Below, piece after piece: positions 12,208 through 25,807 of a stretch of DNA of 64,000 nt (its first letter is position 1; each line of letters starts with the position of its first letter). The stretch is from Balanoglossus misakiensis. Lineage: Eukaryota > Animalia > Hemichordata. Location: the NCBI GenBank assembly GCA_040954595.2, contig CM082588.2:10462844-10526843 (forward strand). The letters run 5' to 3'. A program made the position numbers and the translations under genes. The notes under the pieces were generated by a model that had not been told where the DNA came from, searched no databases, and saw only the letters and a program-made list of their open reading frames with translations.

Positions 12208-13462
12208 GTATGTAACTGTGGATATTGATATCTTCTGTGGCTACATTGTTTGGGGATTGTATATTGCTACGGTTACAATCAGCTAAACACACATCCTGTC
12301 TGTCCATTGCACACATTTTAAAATTTGAAATCAACCGCACACTCGTACTGAACACATGTTTGTTGAAATTGTATCTCAGAATTTTTCCAATTATAATTAT
12401 GCATAATATAAACAAATTAACAAATGTGAAAACTTATCTTTGAAAATTTGTTTGCAAGGGAGAAAAAGTAATCTGTATTTTAAAAATCAGACAAAGTTTT
12501 GCTGACAGGGTACACAAGTTTCAGGGGATTTTGTTAAAATGAGAATGATAGAGAGTGTTAAAATTCCTAGAAAGGGATCGCCATGGATATTGAGGACTTT
12601 GGTGTAAAAACAATTAATTGATCAAGAAATATGTGGTTAAGAATATGTGTCATCAACCCCACACGATACTATAAGACTGTCTGATATATTCATGTACAAG
12701 TATTTTCACTACTTATTTGCATAATTTAATGAAATTAGCATAAATTATCAACCTATAGCTAAATAAATTACCTCTGCAAAGAATAAATATACACTTAGAA
12801 AATTCATATAGTTTTCATCTCATTTTAATGACATTACAAAATGCTTCTCTGAGGGTACAGTAATTTTTAACGGGTATATTCTTGATAACTCATCACCATG
12901 AATGAGCATTTCAAATCTTAACAAGGCCAGTGTACGAAATAAAGCCTGTCCGACAGTCCGAGACTGGTTGTTTTTCTGTAGGACTGGTAAAAATAAAATG
13001 TTACCAGTCCGACAGACAGGTTGAATTTAGCGTGGGAGTTGACTAGTGGTATCATGGCATCTTTTAGACTTTCCCAGGTTCATGTATTGCAATTAAAAGA
13101 AACAATGACTGCTTGATATTTCCTATGAATTTCGAACACTGACAAGGCATATGGCTAAATAGGATTCAGTGTTTGTGCACCTTCTATCCACAATGCTGGA
13201 TCTATTGACAGTTTTCAAAGGGGTTTAAAGACTCGTCTTTTTATTCAGCACTATTTCATTCCATTGCTTTTTTGGTTTATAGGGATTGTCTTTCAGAACT
13301 GTTTCTGTTTGTTTGGGGTTTTTAAGTGTAATTTTTTATCCTTTAAGCTTTCACTTGTTTTCTAATTTTATTATTTTCTGTAGAAGATGTATGTGTATTA
13401 CATTTGTTAGGAAATAAATAATAATAAAATAAATAAATAATAATAACTATCTTTGATTTCAG

Positions 13463-13579
13463 ATGTCAATGAATATATGGAGAGAGCAGATCTTTGTGAA
13501 GGCCAGTGTGTGAATACAGCAGGCTCTTTTTATTTCACTTGTGCTGTGGAATATTGATTGGTCAATGGAGAGTGTACAG
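13463..13579 (+). pseudogene. cbEGF exon 2 (decayed)
   Basis: Phase 1-1, 117 nt. DVNEYMERADLCEGQCVNTAGSFYFTCAVEY*LVNGECT has lost two Cys and has TGA at 13555. Confidence 0.85.
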
Positions 13580-13596
13580 GTAAGATCAACACAATA

Positions 13597-13965
13597 TAGA
13601 AATAATGCACGACGCCATGACCATTAATGTTTGTTTATGGGCAAGGGCGAGGGGAAAGCCAAAAATTCATGGGCGAGGCTTCCGAGCCCATTAATTTTAG
13701 CTTAGCTAGAGCCCGAGCCCTGCATTTATTTCCATTACATTACCAACAATCTCAAGAAAACCGTCAATATTTCTGAAAATGTCCCACACACAAGACTTGG
13801 GGCCCCGGAACTTGTGTTATGCAAAATGTTGTGTTCACTGAACTGTTTGCTAATATTACTATTCAGATTTACGGGCATGTAAACAAACCATTACTGGGTA
13901 TTTGTGGTCAGTGATGTCGTTCATCTTGACCAATTAAAATGCGACGCACAGACCACGGTAATATA
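13597..13965. mobile_element. Palindromic non-autonomous element (Crypton-like architecture)
   Basis: Internal palindrome centred on atgggcgaggcttccgagcccat with extended imperfect arms. The family assignment is inferred. Confidence 0.4.
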
Positions 13966-15914
13966 ATATGTGGGCAACGAAAGGTCCTGTATCTGTAATT
14001 TTTGAATTTTTATTCAGTATTATTCTGGTTGTCAACGATCATTTCAGCTCGGTGAAGCTGGGTAAGCAATGTTGTTATTGTTTAAACATTGTATTCAAGC
14101 CTGTGTCTGGACTTGGATGCAATTTGTCAATAATAACAGTGATTGGTAACTGCATGTTTACATAACTGGCTATCTGTTAAAGAGACCATTTGCTGTGTGT
14201 ACAGTACACATGCCATTGGCCGCTTATGGGTCAGCCAGTGTTTGCCTGTTAATCTCTCGATGTGTGTTATTCTGTCTGTACAGTCAGATCGCACGGTACT
14301 CATTAACATATGTTAATGAGGGAAAGTACTTCAAACCATGTAGCTGTTAGAGTGGGCCCCGCTGAAGGGTCGCAAAATAGGCCATTTTTTACGCGACATT
14401 ATAGAGCTGATTTCAGGCGAGGAGGACTGTGTACAAAATTGAGTATAGACAACTCAGGTTTTAAAGGATGTTTCATCATTTCCACTGTGTCAACGTCACT
14501 ACATCCTTGCTATGAGAAAAAGCCATCCCTTGTGTACTTCGTGCTTATCACGGGCAAACAATTTGTTTAAAATCCCTGATTTTGAAATGGTGCAAACATT
14601 TCACCAACAAACTAACACACCATTTGCCCTTACTCAAGACAGCCTGATTTGTTTGAAATGTTATAAAACATTTGTTGCTTTAGCGGAAAAAGCCAGGTGT
14701 AGTATTCAACAAGGCTTAATTATGTCGAGTGATATAGCACTTGCTGAAGAAATTAAAAAATATGTCACAATGCTACAATAAAGGATGCAGCTGTGACGAC
14801 GACTTGGTGAATTTTGCATGCTGGAAAACTGTTGTCTTTTTAGGAGAAGTGCTCCTCAGAAAACATGCCATTCTATTGTTTGATGTCAGGCAATATTTCA
14901 ATGATTGTTTAGACAATGAATATCAGACTTTGCGACCCAATGTCAAGTTACAACGAGTGGAATTCCACAGAAAACCTAATAGCTGGCTTATTCGGGAATT
15001 GCTATGTGTGTATTTTCCAATTCACCTTTCTGTTGTATCAAAAGTGAGTAGAAAGTTCTCCACCTTTTTGTACCGAACAGGTTCAGATCTCACTATTGCC
15101 CTCCAAAATGCACTTGTCGAACATCCTCAGTATGTTGTGCAAGCTGAGAAACAGATAGAGAGGCTTGAAAAGCAAGTAAGAGACTTGAGTAAAGTTGACG
15201 TTGACTTTTTCAAAATGCTTGATTTGGTGGCTGTGAAATTAAATGCCAGCATTTATCAGCAATCTCAAGAATTCAGTAATTACTGCAAAACAAACAATGT
15301 TGATCTGAGTACACTTGATGTTGAATATATTGTCAGTGAGGTTGACCCTATGTTATGGAACACTGTTGTATATTTAACGTTGAACAACAGTGAACGCAAT
15401 AAATTAAAAAGCTCCAACTTTGTATGGAATAAACACAACTATGGATTTTATGACCGGCACTCTATGGAGAGTAGAGCATGATTCCTCAGGCGTTTCTTTT
15501 GTGTGTATGCTATTGTTCATTTGTTCTGATCATTGTACTTACCCATTGCATACTTACCTGGCTGACATTGTTGAAGGTTATAGTAAGTCATCTACTCTAG
15601 TGAAAATTCTAAATTGATTTGGTATTATTTGTTCTGGAGATACATTGCATAGATACATGTTGGGAGTGATCAACAAAAGAACATCAGCTGATTTCACAGA
15701 GGAAAATATTGCAAATAATGCATTTTGTTTAACTTCCATTGACAATATTGATAAATCAGCTAAATATGCAGCTGTTAGAGCTGATCCAAAGGACAGAGGT
15801 TTCCACGGTACTTCTTATCGAATGGTCCAACCAAAATCAAAGTCAATTCTGAACAGTATTGATGATATTGTTTTTGGCAGTCATGACAAACATTCAACTG
15901 TCAAAGATTTTCAG

Positions 15915-16245
15915 CTAATCAACATTTATGGTGATGGAAGGTGCTTTTTCAGGAGCATCTCTGTGAGAAATGATTTTGCATTACGAAATTGTGATCGTCT
16001 ACTTAATGGACTCCCTTCTGACCCAATTTTAGCTGACCGAGAGAAAATATTCACAGACAAGTTAAGAGCAGATACAGTAGACATAATGCGTGCCAATCAT
16101 ATATACTTTGAAGGACATATATACACCAAGCAGAATGATATATTTGCAAGAGGTGATGGTGATGTGTTCTCCAAGACTGAGCCTGTCTGTCTCTTGTACA
16201 CACCAGACAGGCCAGGTCAACCAGGCCATTATGATTTGCTTCTTA
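15915..16245 (+). other. OTU-like cysteine protease domain within the transposase ORF
   Basis: IYGDGRCFFRSIS (catalytic Cys motif) and LLY...GHYDLL (His motif), both in ORF 15645-16586. Confidence 0.75.
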
Positions 16246-16511
16246 ACAGGCAGTTAATTAAAAGAAAAGATAGTCTGGTGAGTGAAAATGCAAAGAATTC
16301 ATTTGAACGGTGTCAGGAATTAAACAGTGGCTTTTGTTCACAAAATACAGTAGACTCTGAAATGAATAAAATGTTGGCCAATTTTCCTTGTGGAAATAAT
16401 ACTAAAATCATGGTTGACAGATCTATCTCAAAAAATACTGGTACAGGTTTGAGTGCACCTGTGAGTAAAGCCTGTACATTTACGGAGAAAAAATTCAATG
16501 ATACTGTTCAT

Positions 16512-18225
16512 TTTTTTTTTTTTTTTTATTTCCATTCATTTAATCTTACATGTATCATAAAGATAAATCGTGTTTTGATGAAATAAATAAATAAATAAAT
16601 AAATAAAAAATAATACTATATAAAAAGAGATTCACCAGGTACATTTGTTTAACAAAATAATTACATCTCAGACGGAAGCAAGGATTTTCTTCCAATAATG
16701 GGTGAAATCTAGATTATTATTCCTTTTGAGTATTTGGTGCATAAATTGTAGATATCTGTAAAATATATCGAAATTGGTTTTTGCTCTAATGCTGTTAATA
16801 TCATGTTGTAAATGGACCCATGAAGCGAATACACAATACTTTGCAATGGTAATGACAATGTTTACAAATCTATAAAGAGGATGACTGTACATAGTTTTGT
16901 AACCAAGAATAATAGTTTCTAAGTCGACCTCATGACATATGCCAAGTTTGCTGAGCAAAGCAGATAAACGCTGCCAAAAATCCCCTAAACGTTGACATTT
17001 TAAAAATAGATGCTCATAAGAATCAGTTACATTTCAAAGACAACATAGATCATTTTTACTAATTTTCCATCTTAAAAGATTGATGCCACATGGCAAAATG
17101 TTATGCATAATCTTAAAGTTAAATTCAGCAAGTTTCCTATCACAACACAATCCAGTCGTTTGGTTAACCCATATAGTTCTCCACTGTAGTGGAGTAGTCA
17201 TGGTCAAACGACGATTCCATGTATTTTCACAATATGGACGAATAAAACGATTTTGCACAAAAATACTGTACAAAATTTTGAAGTAAGGCGAGACAGATCA
17301 TTAGGTAAAACAAAAACTTTTCCATTGACATGAAGAAAATTCTTTTCTCTACGCATCTGATGCAACTGAGTACCTTTCAACACAGACTTCCATTCTCTGG
17401 GAATAAGATTCCGCAACTTCATCCATTCAACTATCCAATTTGACTTATTCTCGAGTTTTTGTAACAACAGTGTAGGTGGAAGAAAATCGCCGTTGGTATC
17501 GACAATGTCCTGGACATAGATAATATTTGAGTGAATCCAACCAGGGAAAAAAAGAGTCTTACCATTATCTGAAATGTTGACATTACCCCAGATAATTTGA
17601 TTACGCACATCTAAATTACTGAGTTTGGAGAAAGTGACGCAACCACCTTTTGCACTATGCCAAGCTGAAATTACTTGTTTATAGAAAAAGGGAATTCTCT
17701 CGAGAAATGGGAAACAGGAAATGTTGCTAAAATTGAAATGAAAAATAAGAAAATCTGGACCATAGTGCCCGAGCCAATGCAGTGGCAAGGCCTTCCATTT
17801 GGCAGAGGAATTGTCACATAATCTACGAACCCATGATGAACAAAAGGCGTCATGGATGGCAAAAATGTCAGGCATGTTTAGTCCCCCGCAATCATAAGGG
17901 GCAATGAGTGTGAGCCTTTTGATTTTGTCTGGCTTGTCATTCCACAGAAATTTGAAAATAAGACGGTTGATATTCGTGAGCCACGTTTCAAAAGCACCAA
18001 GATTAAGCATAAGGTAGTAAATTGTGGGCAGTGCCAAAGACTTTAAAACCGTAATTTTGCCATAAAGGCTCAGCTTACGTCGTGACCAGATGTTGAGCAC
18101 GCTTTTAAGCCTTTCAATTTTCTTTTCCCATTTCAAAAGTAGACATTTCAGTCGATCGTATCCAAAGAAAACCCCAAGGGATTTTATAGGCTGTTGCTCC
18201 CACATAAAACCCCCAGGTTTATCAT
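16512..18225 (-). mobile_element. 5'-truncated Tx1/L1-clade LINE (ORF2 C-terminus)
   Basis: IKSLGV...W..RKLSLYGKITVLKSL...FLW...GGLNMPD, plus a C-terminal zf-RVT-like C..C...EHLF. Poly(A) tail at about 16511-16528. A 14-bp TSD atgatactgttcat is at 16498-16511 and 18226-18239. Confidence 0.95.
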
Positions 18226-18752
18226 ATGATACTGTTCATGATGATGTAGTATTTAATTAAACCACCTCTACTGAGACAACATCAACCACAGTCATCAATT
18301 TCGCTGTCAGATTTTGACATTAAACAAGAAGAAGCCATTGCTTGGTCAGAACTGTTTTCTGACGCATTCATTTTTGCTCTACAAAAAATACAATGCACAG
18401 AGCTGATATAGAAACAGTATTTGGGGATTTTAAATCAACATTAGCAACAACTGCTAACAGTAATGACAGTGAATGCTCAAATGTCATTTATTTGGGCATA
18501 TCAAGTGAACACGCAGACTCTATTGAAACTGTCCATAACATTATCAATAAGCTGTATATGTTACATTCAGAGTTGGTGTAAGAATAAAATACCTGGTTGT
18601 GGTTGGTGATGGGAAAACTTTCCATCACCTGATAAAGTTAAAAGACATGTATGGTGCAGATTTAGACTGGTTGCAGCCTTTTATCGGAGACTGGCATACT
18701 CTAAAAAATTACCAACCAGTCATCATGAAAATATTCTGGGATGCTGACTTAA

Positions 18753-19548
18753 GATGGGTCCCTGGGATCTTTTTGCTCGTTGCTATGGGCCTTTATAGGA
18801 CATTACACCCCGATTTGGACTAAGCCGTTTTCAGAGTCTAACAAGGGGCTGGTAACTAGTTGAAAATCTGCACGATTGTGTGCACACCCCATGTCCGAGT
18901 ATGTTTACGGCAGCTACCGCCCGGCCATAGGCCGCCACGCTAATACGGCAAAGCAGCGGTCAGCGATAGCGTGCGCGTCCTGTAACCACAGTAACTGGAT
19001 CGAACGCTAAAAATCCAATGTTTTGTACACAGAGATTTTGTACCGTTCACGAAAATCCCTAAGGCTTTTTTCATAGGCCACGTACGCCAGTCAAATTTGA
19101 CCTGCTTGTTGAGAACGTACTTCCGCACAGTGTGACGGATCGTTTTTTTCTGTTTTCGTCGTGCTAAGAAGCGATACCGGTGGAAGAGTGCGTCCAAAAA
19201 CACCCAAAATCGATGACTTTTTCAGATGTGGTACGGGTATGCTGAAATCGTAGGATACAACGATAATATTCGAAAACAAAATCCGTCACGATCTTCCCTG
19301 GTTCAAGCAACTAATGAATACGTATCAAGTTCGTTTTTGAGGTCACGGAATAAAAAGCCTTAGGCTTTTGAAATTTGACCTAGCTAATTTGCATATCAAT
19401 GGCGTCAGGGGGCGCGCGCTCACAATCGTGCAGATTTTCAACTAGTTACCAGCCCCTTGTTAGACTCTGAAAACGGCTTAGTCCAAATCGGGGTGTAATG
19501 TCCTATAAAGGCCCATAGCAACGAGCAAAAAGATCCTAGGGACCCATC
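18753..19548. mobile_element. Kolobok-like non-autonomous transposon
   Basis: 128-bp TIRs with a single mismatch (18753-18880 and 19421-19548), TTAA on both sides, and a purine-purine (GA) start. Removal restores the transposase frame WDADLKHLAG. Confidence 0.9.
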
Positions 19549-19882
19549 TTAAAACATCTGGCAGGGTTCAATCATAAAGGGGGAACTTCGGAAACCCTAG
19601 TTCAGTGTACAAATTTCAAGCTATCTCATCGCTTCCCAACACAAATTTGGGAACGTATGTTTAGATGTCTTGTCAATTCCTTTTTGAATCAGAGGGGTGA
19701 AACCCATAATACCCAGCACTGTCCCTTAGATACAGAAACAGTCCAAAAATGTTTACTAGAAGCTGTCACAAAATGTTTGGAATGTACTGAAGATAAAGCT
19801 GATCATATTGACAAAATTAATGGTGACCTTAAGGCTCAACTTACTGGCTTGCAAGAGGAATTTCAGATTTTTTGTGACAGAA

Positions 19883-20497
19883 CATAGTACGATATTTTAC
19901 CCACAAGTCTCCGTTATTTGTATCATCGAAGGTTGCCCATTTAATAACTTTTTCTGTTTTAGATACTAACAATGATATGAAGTACATATAAATCTATTTA
20001 TTTTTATCTAGGAAAAGTACGTTGAGGAATTAGAATGTAAATTTCAAAATCAAAATTTAAAAGCCATAGAAATCAAAGTATCAATGTACTGCAAATGTCA
20101 CACTTTAGGGGAAACAAGCAATGACTAACTGAGGTGGCCAGTCTCTGTTGAAAGTTAACATGTAAATTTCCATTGTTCTGTCAATAGAAAAAATCAATAT
20201 CTTTTTGTTTGATTAAACAGGTTTTACAAGTGACCCTGTTTTACTCCAAACTTTTTTGTATGGCTGGCTATGCAATTGCTTGATTATTTTATAAAATTCG
20301 TATCTCCTCTCTCAATAATGCATAATTTTCTAAATCATTTGAAATGGTAATTGACAATAAGATTCACCTTAAAAGTAAGATCTCAAAATTTATATTAGTG
20401 GTGTACAATTCTCTCTACACATGTTAACTTTGCCTGGTTTGACTGAGTAAATGATTGTACAAATCAGAATGAATCATGGGATATTTCACGTACTGTG
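19883..20497. mobile_element. Transib/RAG-like non-autonomous element
   Basis: 5-bp TSD cagaa at 19878-19882 and 20498-20502. Ends are CATAGTACG and CACAGTACG. Removal restores FCDRRANTDKTFKFW. Confidence 0.75.
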
Positions 20498-21084
20498 CAG
20501 AAGGGCAAATACAGACAAAACTTTCAAATTTTGGGTTAGATTTATAGAGGACGATTTGTTTGCATACATGTCTTTGTACATTGCAATAAGGTCAGGAAAT
20601 TGGAACCTTCGAATATTGGCTTTGAAACAAATGAACCCACTGTTCCATGCATATGACCGATCCCTGTACTTGAGGTTAATTCCCAGACATCTCGCTGACC
20701 TTCTGAAGATGCCAAACTCTCTGTTGTTACATTTCAAAGCAGGTGGTTTTGTTTGCAATTTGTCAGGCTCAACTTGGGTTAATGTAGCACTAGATGAAGC
20801 CCATGAAATGTGTGTCAATAAAGATGTTAAAGCTGCATTGCATACTTCTACAGGTGGGTTAATGGAGAGAATAGCAATTTATTTACCCTATAGAGCTATG
20901 GCTGCCAAGAATCTAAAAGATCAGTTATTTCCTTTCCAAAATGAAACCCATAATTCAGTTAGCGTACATAAAATAAATGAGTCAAACTGCAGGTTGTATA
21001 TCAATTGTCTTGAAGGTGCTGATGTATTTTCACCACTTAATACCGCCAGGGAGCTAACTAATATATTTTCAGATGACACAGCGA

Positions 21085-22165
21085 AAAATAGCGTCAAGGA
21101 CACTGTGGTCCCATTTGAGGATTATGTAGAAACAGTGACACACCAGAATAAAAATTACAGGTGACATTGCAAGCAGATATGATCTTACGATATAGAAATA
21201 TGGAATGTAAAAACATTAACAAGGAACATGCCCAAAAATTGACCAAAAATTGTCTGTACAAACACATATGAGAAGCAACTTCTTTCAGTCAGCCCTGGAA
21301 CAGACAGACAGACAGACACACACACACACACACACACACACTGACCTGCCACTGGTAATTAAAAATTTAATAGCCCATGGTCTCTCTGACAGCTGGCTTA
21401 TTGAAGTTATGTAAACATGTCTAAGTTGGGGGTAACGACTCCTTGTAAACAGTAACTTTCAAAACAACTGGATAATTGGTTAAGGAGAAGATTTGCTAAC
21501 CAAAAACAAAGAAACTTTCATAAAAACTCGCTAAATATTGAATATTTCTGATATCAGAATTGAATAAAAGTTGCACATATACATGTATGTGTTATGAAAT
21601 TATATCCCAAATTTCAAAGCAATCAGAGAAAAAACAAATTTCAAAGCAATCAACAAGCAGTTTCACAAAAGATATTTGTTCAAAAGTGGCAAAAACACAA
21701 AATTGTACAATACCTTACCTCAATCACTACAAGGAACATGCTGCCAAAGTTCTATGCAATATGACAAACAGTTTCAGGAAAACAATTTTTGACAAAAATT
21801 GCAAAAGTTTCCCCGATAACACATTTATGAAAATATCACATTTTTTACAACATATTACTTGACTTACACCTACGAACATGCCTACCAAATTGCAAAGCAA
21901 TCTGGCATGCGGTTTTAAAGAAAAATAAATTGACCAAAAATGGCAAATATTGCTCAAAATTATAAATATGCAAATTTTGCAACAATTTGAACAAAACTAT
22001 GGTTACTCAGACAACCATTAGGAAGCTTCATGCTAAATTTCAAAGAAGTAAGCCCATCACTTTCAGAAATGAAGACTTTTTACTAATAACATGGAAAAAT
22101 ACAAAAAAATGCATAAAAAATAGGTAATCAATAATATTAGCTCAAAACATACATCAATTGTAAGC
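21085..22165 (-). mobile_element. Helentron-associated (HINE-like) remnant interrupting Academ
   Basis: Terminal hairpin gtgtc-ctt-gacgc plus a T-run on the minus strand, a (caga)n(ca)n microsatellite, and degenerate caaatttcaaagcaatc repeats. Part of the transposase appears to be missing here. Confidence 0.55.
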
Positions 22166-23739
22166 CAAACAAGAGAAAACTAGTGAACTTCTTGTCAGCC
22201 ACATCTTTAAAAATAATTGTGCCGGCTCTGCAAGGTGATCAGGTCCTCATTACAGCAGGTGGCTTTGATGGAGAAAATAGGGACAAGAATCTTTTCGTTG
22301 GTAGTAATGGAATTGTGTCTGAGTGGGAAGCCAAAAGTTGTCATGAAGAAGCTGACAGTAGATGCATCCTTCATGCAGTTCAGTCCTCTTACAAGAAAGG
22401 TGTTATTTACTCCCCTGATACTGATACTTATCATGTTCTCCTCCCAGTACTATATCAACATGTTCAAAAGGAGATATTTGTACAACTTGATAATGATTTA
22501 TCAAATCTCACTTATTTAGACATGAATCAATTCAAATCAGATTTAAATTTAGACCCTGATTTGCAACATATTCCCCTCCAATATTTAGGCAAAATATTTC
22601 AAACACTGTTCATATGCACAGGTTGTGACTATACTTTGCAGGCATCGGAAGGAAATCTTTCTACAAGACATTTTTTCAATACTCTGAATTTATAACTAGT
22701 GGCACCCTTATACCTGGAACACTGATAGACACAACAGTAGACAGTGTAGGGAATGGAATTTTCGCTTTCATACGTTTAAAAGGTAGTGTTTATGTTAAGA
22801 AACATTTCCAAGCATTTGATGCATCTCATCCTTTTGAACTTTATCGACAAGTAGCCAGTGTCACTAACAGTCTTAAAGATAACCACATCAAATGGCTTAC
22901 ATATATACGAGAAACAATTTGCCCACGTATCCAGTATGAGGAAGAATGTATCCCTTCCTTTGAAGCCCTACAACTGCACTGGAAAAGATCATGCTGGGTC
23001 TCTCAGTTATGGTCCCAGGCCGATCAGTGCCATGTTACGTTTCCCTTATTCAATAATTATGGATACAGACTAAGCAACGGCGAACTTGATATTATTTAGG
23101 ACAGTGATGCCAATTTAGAAAAAGTGAAAAATAATTTGGAGTTGCTAACAAAAGGGTGTGGCTGCAAAAAGATGCCAACTTGTAATAGCAGATGTTGTAA
23201 ATGTTATAAGACCCACAATGGTTGTGGCCCTGCGTGTCGATGTAATGACTGCAGTAATCCACATAATGGGAATCCTGGATTCTGTACCACATCGAAAAAG
23301 TATGGGGTATGCCCAAAATATACAGATAAGTCACCACTATTAGAATCACCATCACCAATCACTGATACTGAACATCATAATATGGAAAATAGCATTGATG
23401 CAATTTTACAGGAGTCACATGAATTTGACATTTTAAGAGAAGAAGAGGGAAATATTTACGAGACTGATTCTGACTTTGACGAACTGACTGATGAATATAA
23501 CTGGACGGAAGAAAAACAAACTGATTATTCAAAGAATGGTGATTGTGATTCCAATGATGGTGACTGTGATGACATTTAATGAATCATCAAAGAAATTGAT
23601 TTGGTCTTTTGGGGGTTGCAGCCCTGTTGTGGTTTCAGTCATACCTTTTCAATCGCACCCAGTGTGTATGTGTTAATTTCAGACATGGTTACTATAACCG
23701 TGTTCCAAACAATCACCATTTTATCCGCTTGACACTGCG

Positions 23740-24430
23740 GTAACACAACGATCACTTCTTTGTCCTCTACTTTTTAATATGTACACTTCTCCATTAGGGA
23801 AATTAGTTTCTAGTCATGGATGCCTGTATATAGCTTTTATGCAGATGGCTCTTCATTGTCTTTTACCAACGAGAATGCTCCCAGAATGCTTTATGCGGTA
23901 CTGGATGTCTGAAAATGTCTTGTGTTTAAATAACGATAAGACTGAATTTGTTATTTTTTCTGCTACTTCGGGTAATCTATCTGCCAGAGGGATTACAGAA
24001 ATTCATGTGATGCTCTGAAACCTGTTCATTGTCTGACAATGATTGCACAGATCTGCCATTCAGTCGCTTTTCATTTGCAGCATATTGCACTTGTCTGTAA
24101 ATATTTATCTCAAGCCGCCACAGAGCAATAAAGTTCCTGCTTTTGTTGCATTTCGAATAGATTTGTGTAATTCACTTTTATTTGGGCTCCCTAAGTACGA
24201 GATCAGTCGTATTCAAGTTCAAAATATTGCTGCTAGTTCCAAAATCACCTTTTACATCAATGCAATTTCAGTTGCATTGGTTACCTGTGTCTGATCGTAT
24301 TGTTTTCAAGATGTTATTTCTTATTTTTGAATTCATTCATAGACTTGGACCATCATATCTGTCTGATATGATCAAATTATATGTTCCAAATCGAAACTTG
24401 AAGTCAGCTGATCAGCTCAAACTCTGTCAT
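23740..24430 (+). mobile_element. Old L2/CR1-group LINE reverse transcriptase fragment
   Basis: PLLFNMYTSPLG, FYADG (decayed YADD), WMSENVLCLNNDKTE, RIDLCNSLLFGLP, LHWLPVSDRIVFK. Frameshifted. Confidence 0.85.
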
Positions 24431-25400
24431 GTTCAGCCCAATGCAATGATGACAACAAAAGTCAAAACAAAATTGCTTGCCTTCAGACACAAATATTTAT
24501 TGCACATATCATCAGCGAATAAAGGGAAATGGTTTCGAAGTTACAGTTGGCATTTTGCATATTCGAAACATCTACTTATATCCCAGGCCATGATACGGAG
24601 AAAAAAAAATACACCAGCTGTGCTCCTCACACGTACGTAGTCATGTATGGTAAACCTGGCATTCTGTCCATATGGGACCTACATTTGTAGGCGATTGATC
24701 GATGTTGTGTCGAAATCAGGCCAGTAATTAAGTTAAAACTTGGCTAATATGTTACCTTAGGGTGTTATCCATTATCCAGTAACTGTTTTACTTAAGAATT
24801 GCCTTTCAAAGACTGTTTCCCCATGGTAAACTTATCGTTTCACGATCAATGCAACACTTCCTGTTACGCAAGCATTTCAAATTAATTTCTTTTCACGGAT
24901 GTTGGGACCGATATTAGACCTCTCTATCAGGAAAGTTTGGTTACTTTCTGAGGTCGTTTTCAAATGATTTTTGACACGTTTGTGGACGTCTCTTTCGGGG
25001 TCACCAACATACCACCGAAAACACGTTAAAAACTTTTACTATTACCACAGATTTTCATAAAATTTACGTATGCAGTGAAAAATGGGAATCACTTTCGTAA
25101 TTTATCCAGCTAACATGGTATTTTATTGCACAACAGAGCGTAAAAATCAAGTTGAAAATCACCTTGAAAACTGGCCTATTGCCGTCTGTTTGAAAGTTAA
25201 CGGTCGCTCGCTTGATGAACTTTCATATGCAAATGAGCACCGTGCGATCTGACTGTGTATATGTACTCCGTGTAGACTGAATGGGACCACTGTGTCCTTG
25301 ACGCAATTTTTTACACTTATCAGGTATATGTTGACTAACACAAGCCAAAATATCACCAACTCATCTGAGAAATCTTATCCCAGGTCCTAAGGTTGTGAGA

Positions 25401-25807
25401 TTAATAGAATCTCACACTCCCAAGGACTAGGGGTCATAATTCTGACATGAGTTGGGGATTTTATGTCCCACACAAGCCGCAGGCGAGTGTGGGACAAAAT
25501 ATCCCTGACGAGTGTGGGAAATATGATCATAGGTCCTTTGTGTATGAGATTATATTTCTCACACGGGCACAAATTAGCTAAATTCGTCTTAAAACATTGA
25601 ATAAATGACTCTTGAATTGTCATCTGGCATGTAGTTTCTTTATCGTGTCATTGGATAACATTTAGCGCACGTTATTAAAAAACGCTTTGTCATCCAATCG
25701 GCGCTCGCGTCATATACAGCTTTCGATTCAGTGAGTGTGTGGGATTGATTTGTTCTCACACTCTGATCCCACACTCTCAGCATGCCAGGAGTGTGAGAAT
25801 CTATTAA
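25401..25807. mobile_element. TTAA-ended palindromic non-autonomous element (Crypton-like)
   Basis: 20-bp IR ttaatagaatctcacactcc / ggagtgtgagaatctattaa, and an internal hairpin tgtcccacacaagccgcaggcgagtgtgggaca. Confidence 0.65.

Larger units (their letters stand above)
14310..23579 (+). mobile_element. Decayed AcademX-type DNA transposon (DDE transposase + XPG/PIN-like + Cys-rich tail) with an internal OTU domain
   Basis: Motifs in order across frameshifted ORFs: ICLKCYK; SIDNID...FHGT; VVGDGKTF...IGDWH; IRSGNWNL...AYDRSLYLR...ALDEAHEMCVNK; HEEADSR...SPDTD...TGCDY; LQLHWKRSCW; GCGCKK..C...CCKC......CGPACRCNDCSN; acidic tail. Termini not located. Confidence 0.85.

Noticed and set aside
13970-25300. 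Terminal inverted repeats of the Academ element
   Set aside because: I looked for matching ends on both sides and found no convincing pair, so the boundaries given are those of the coding remnants.
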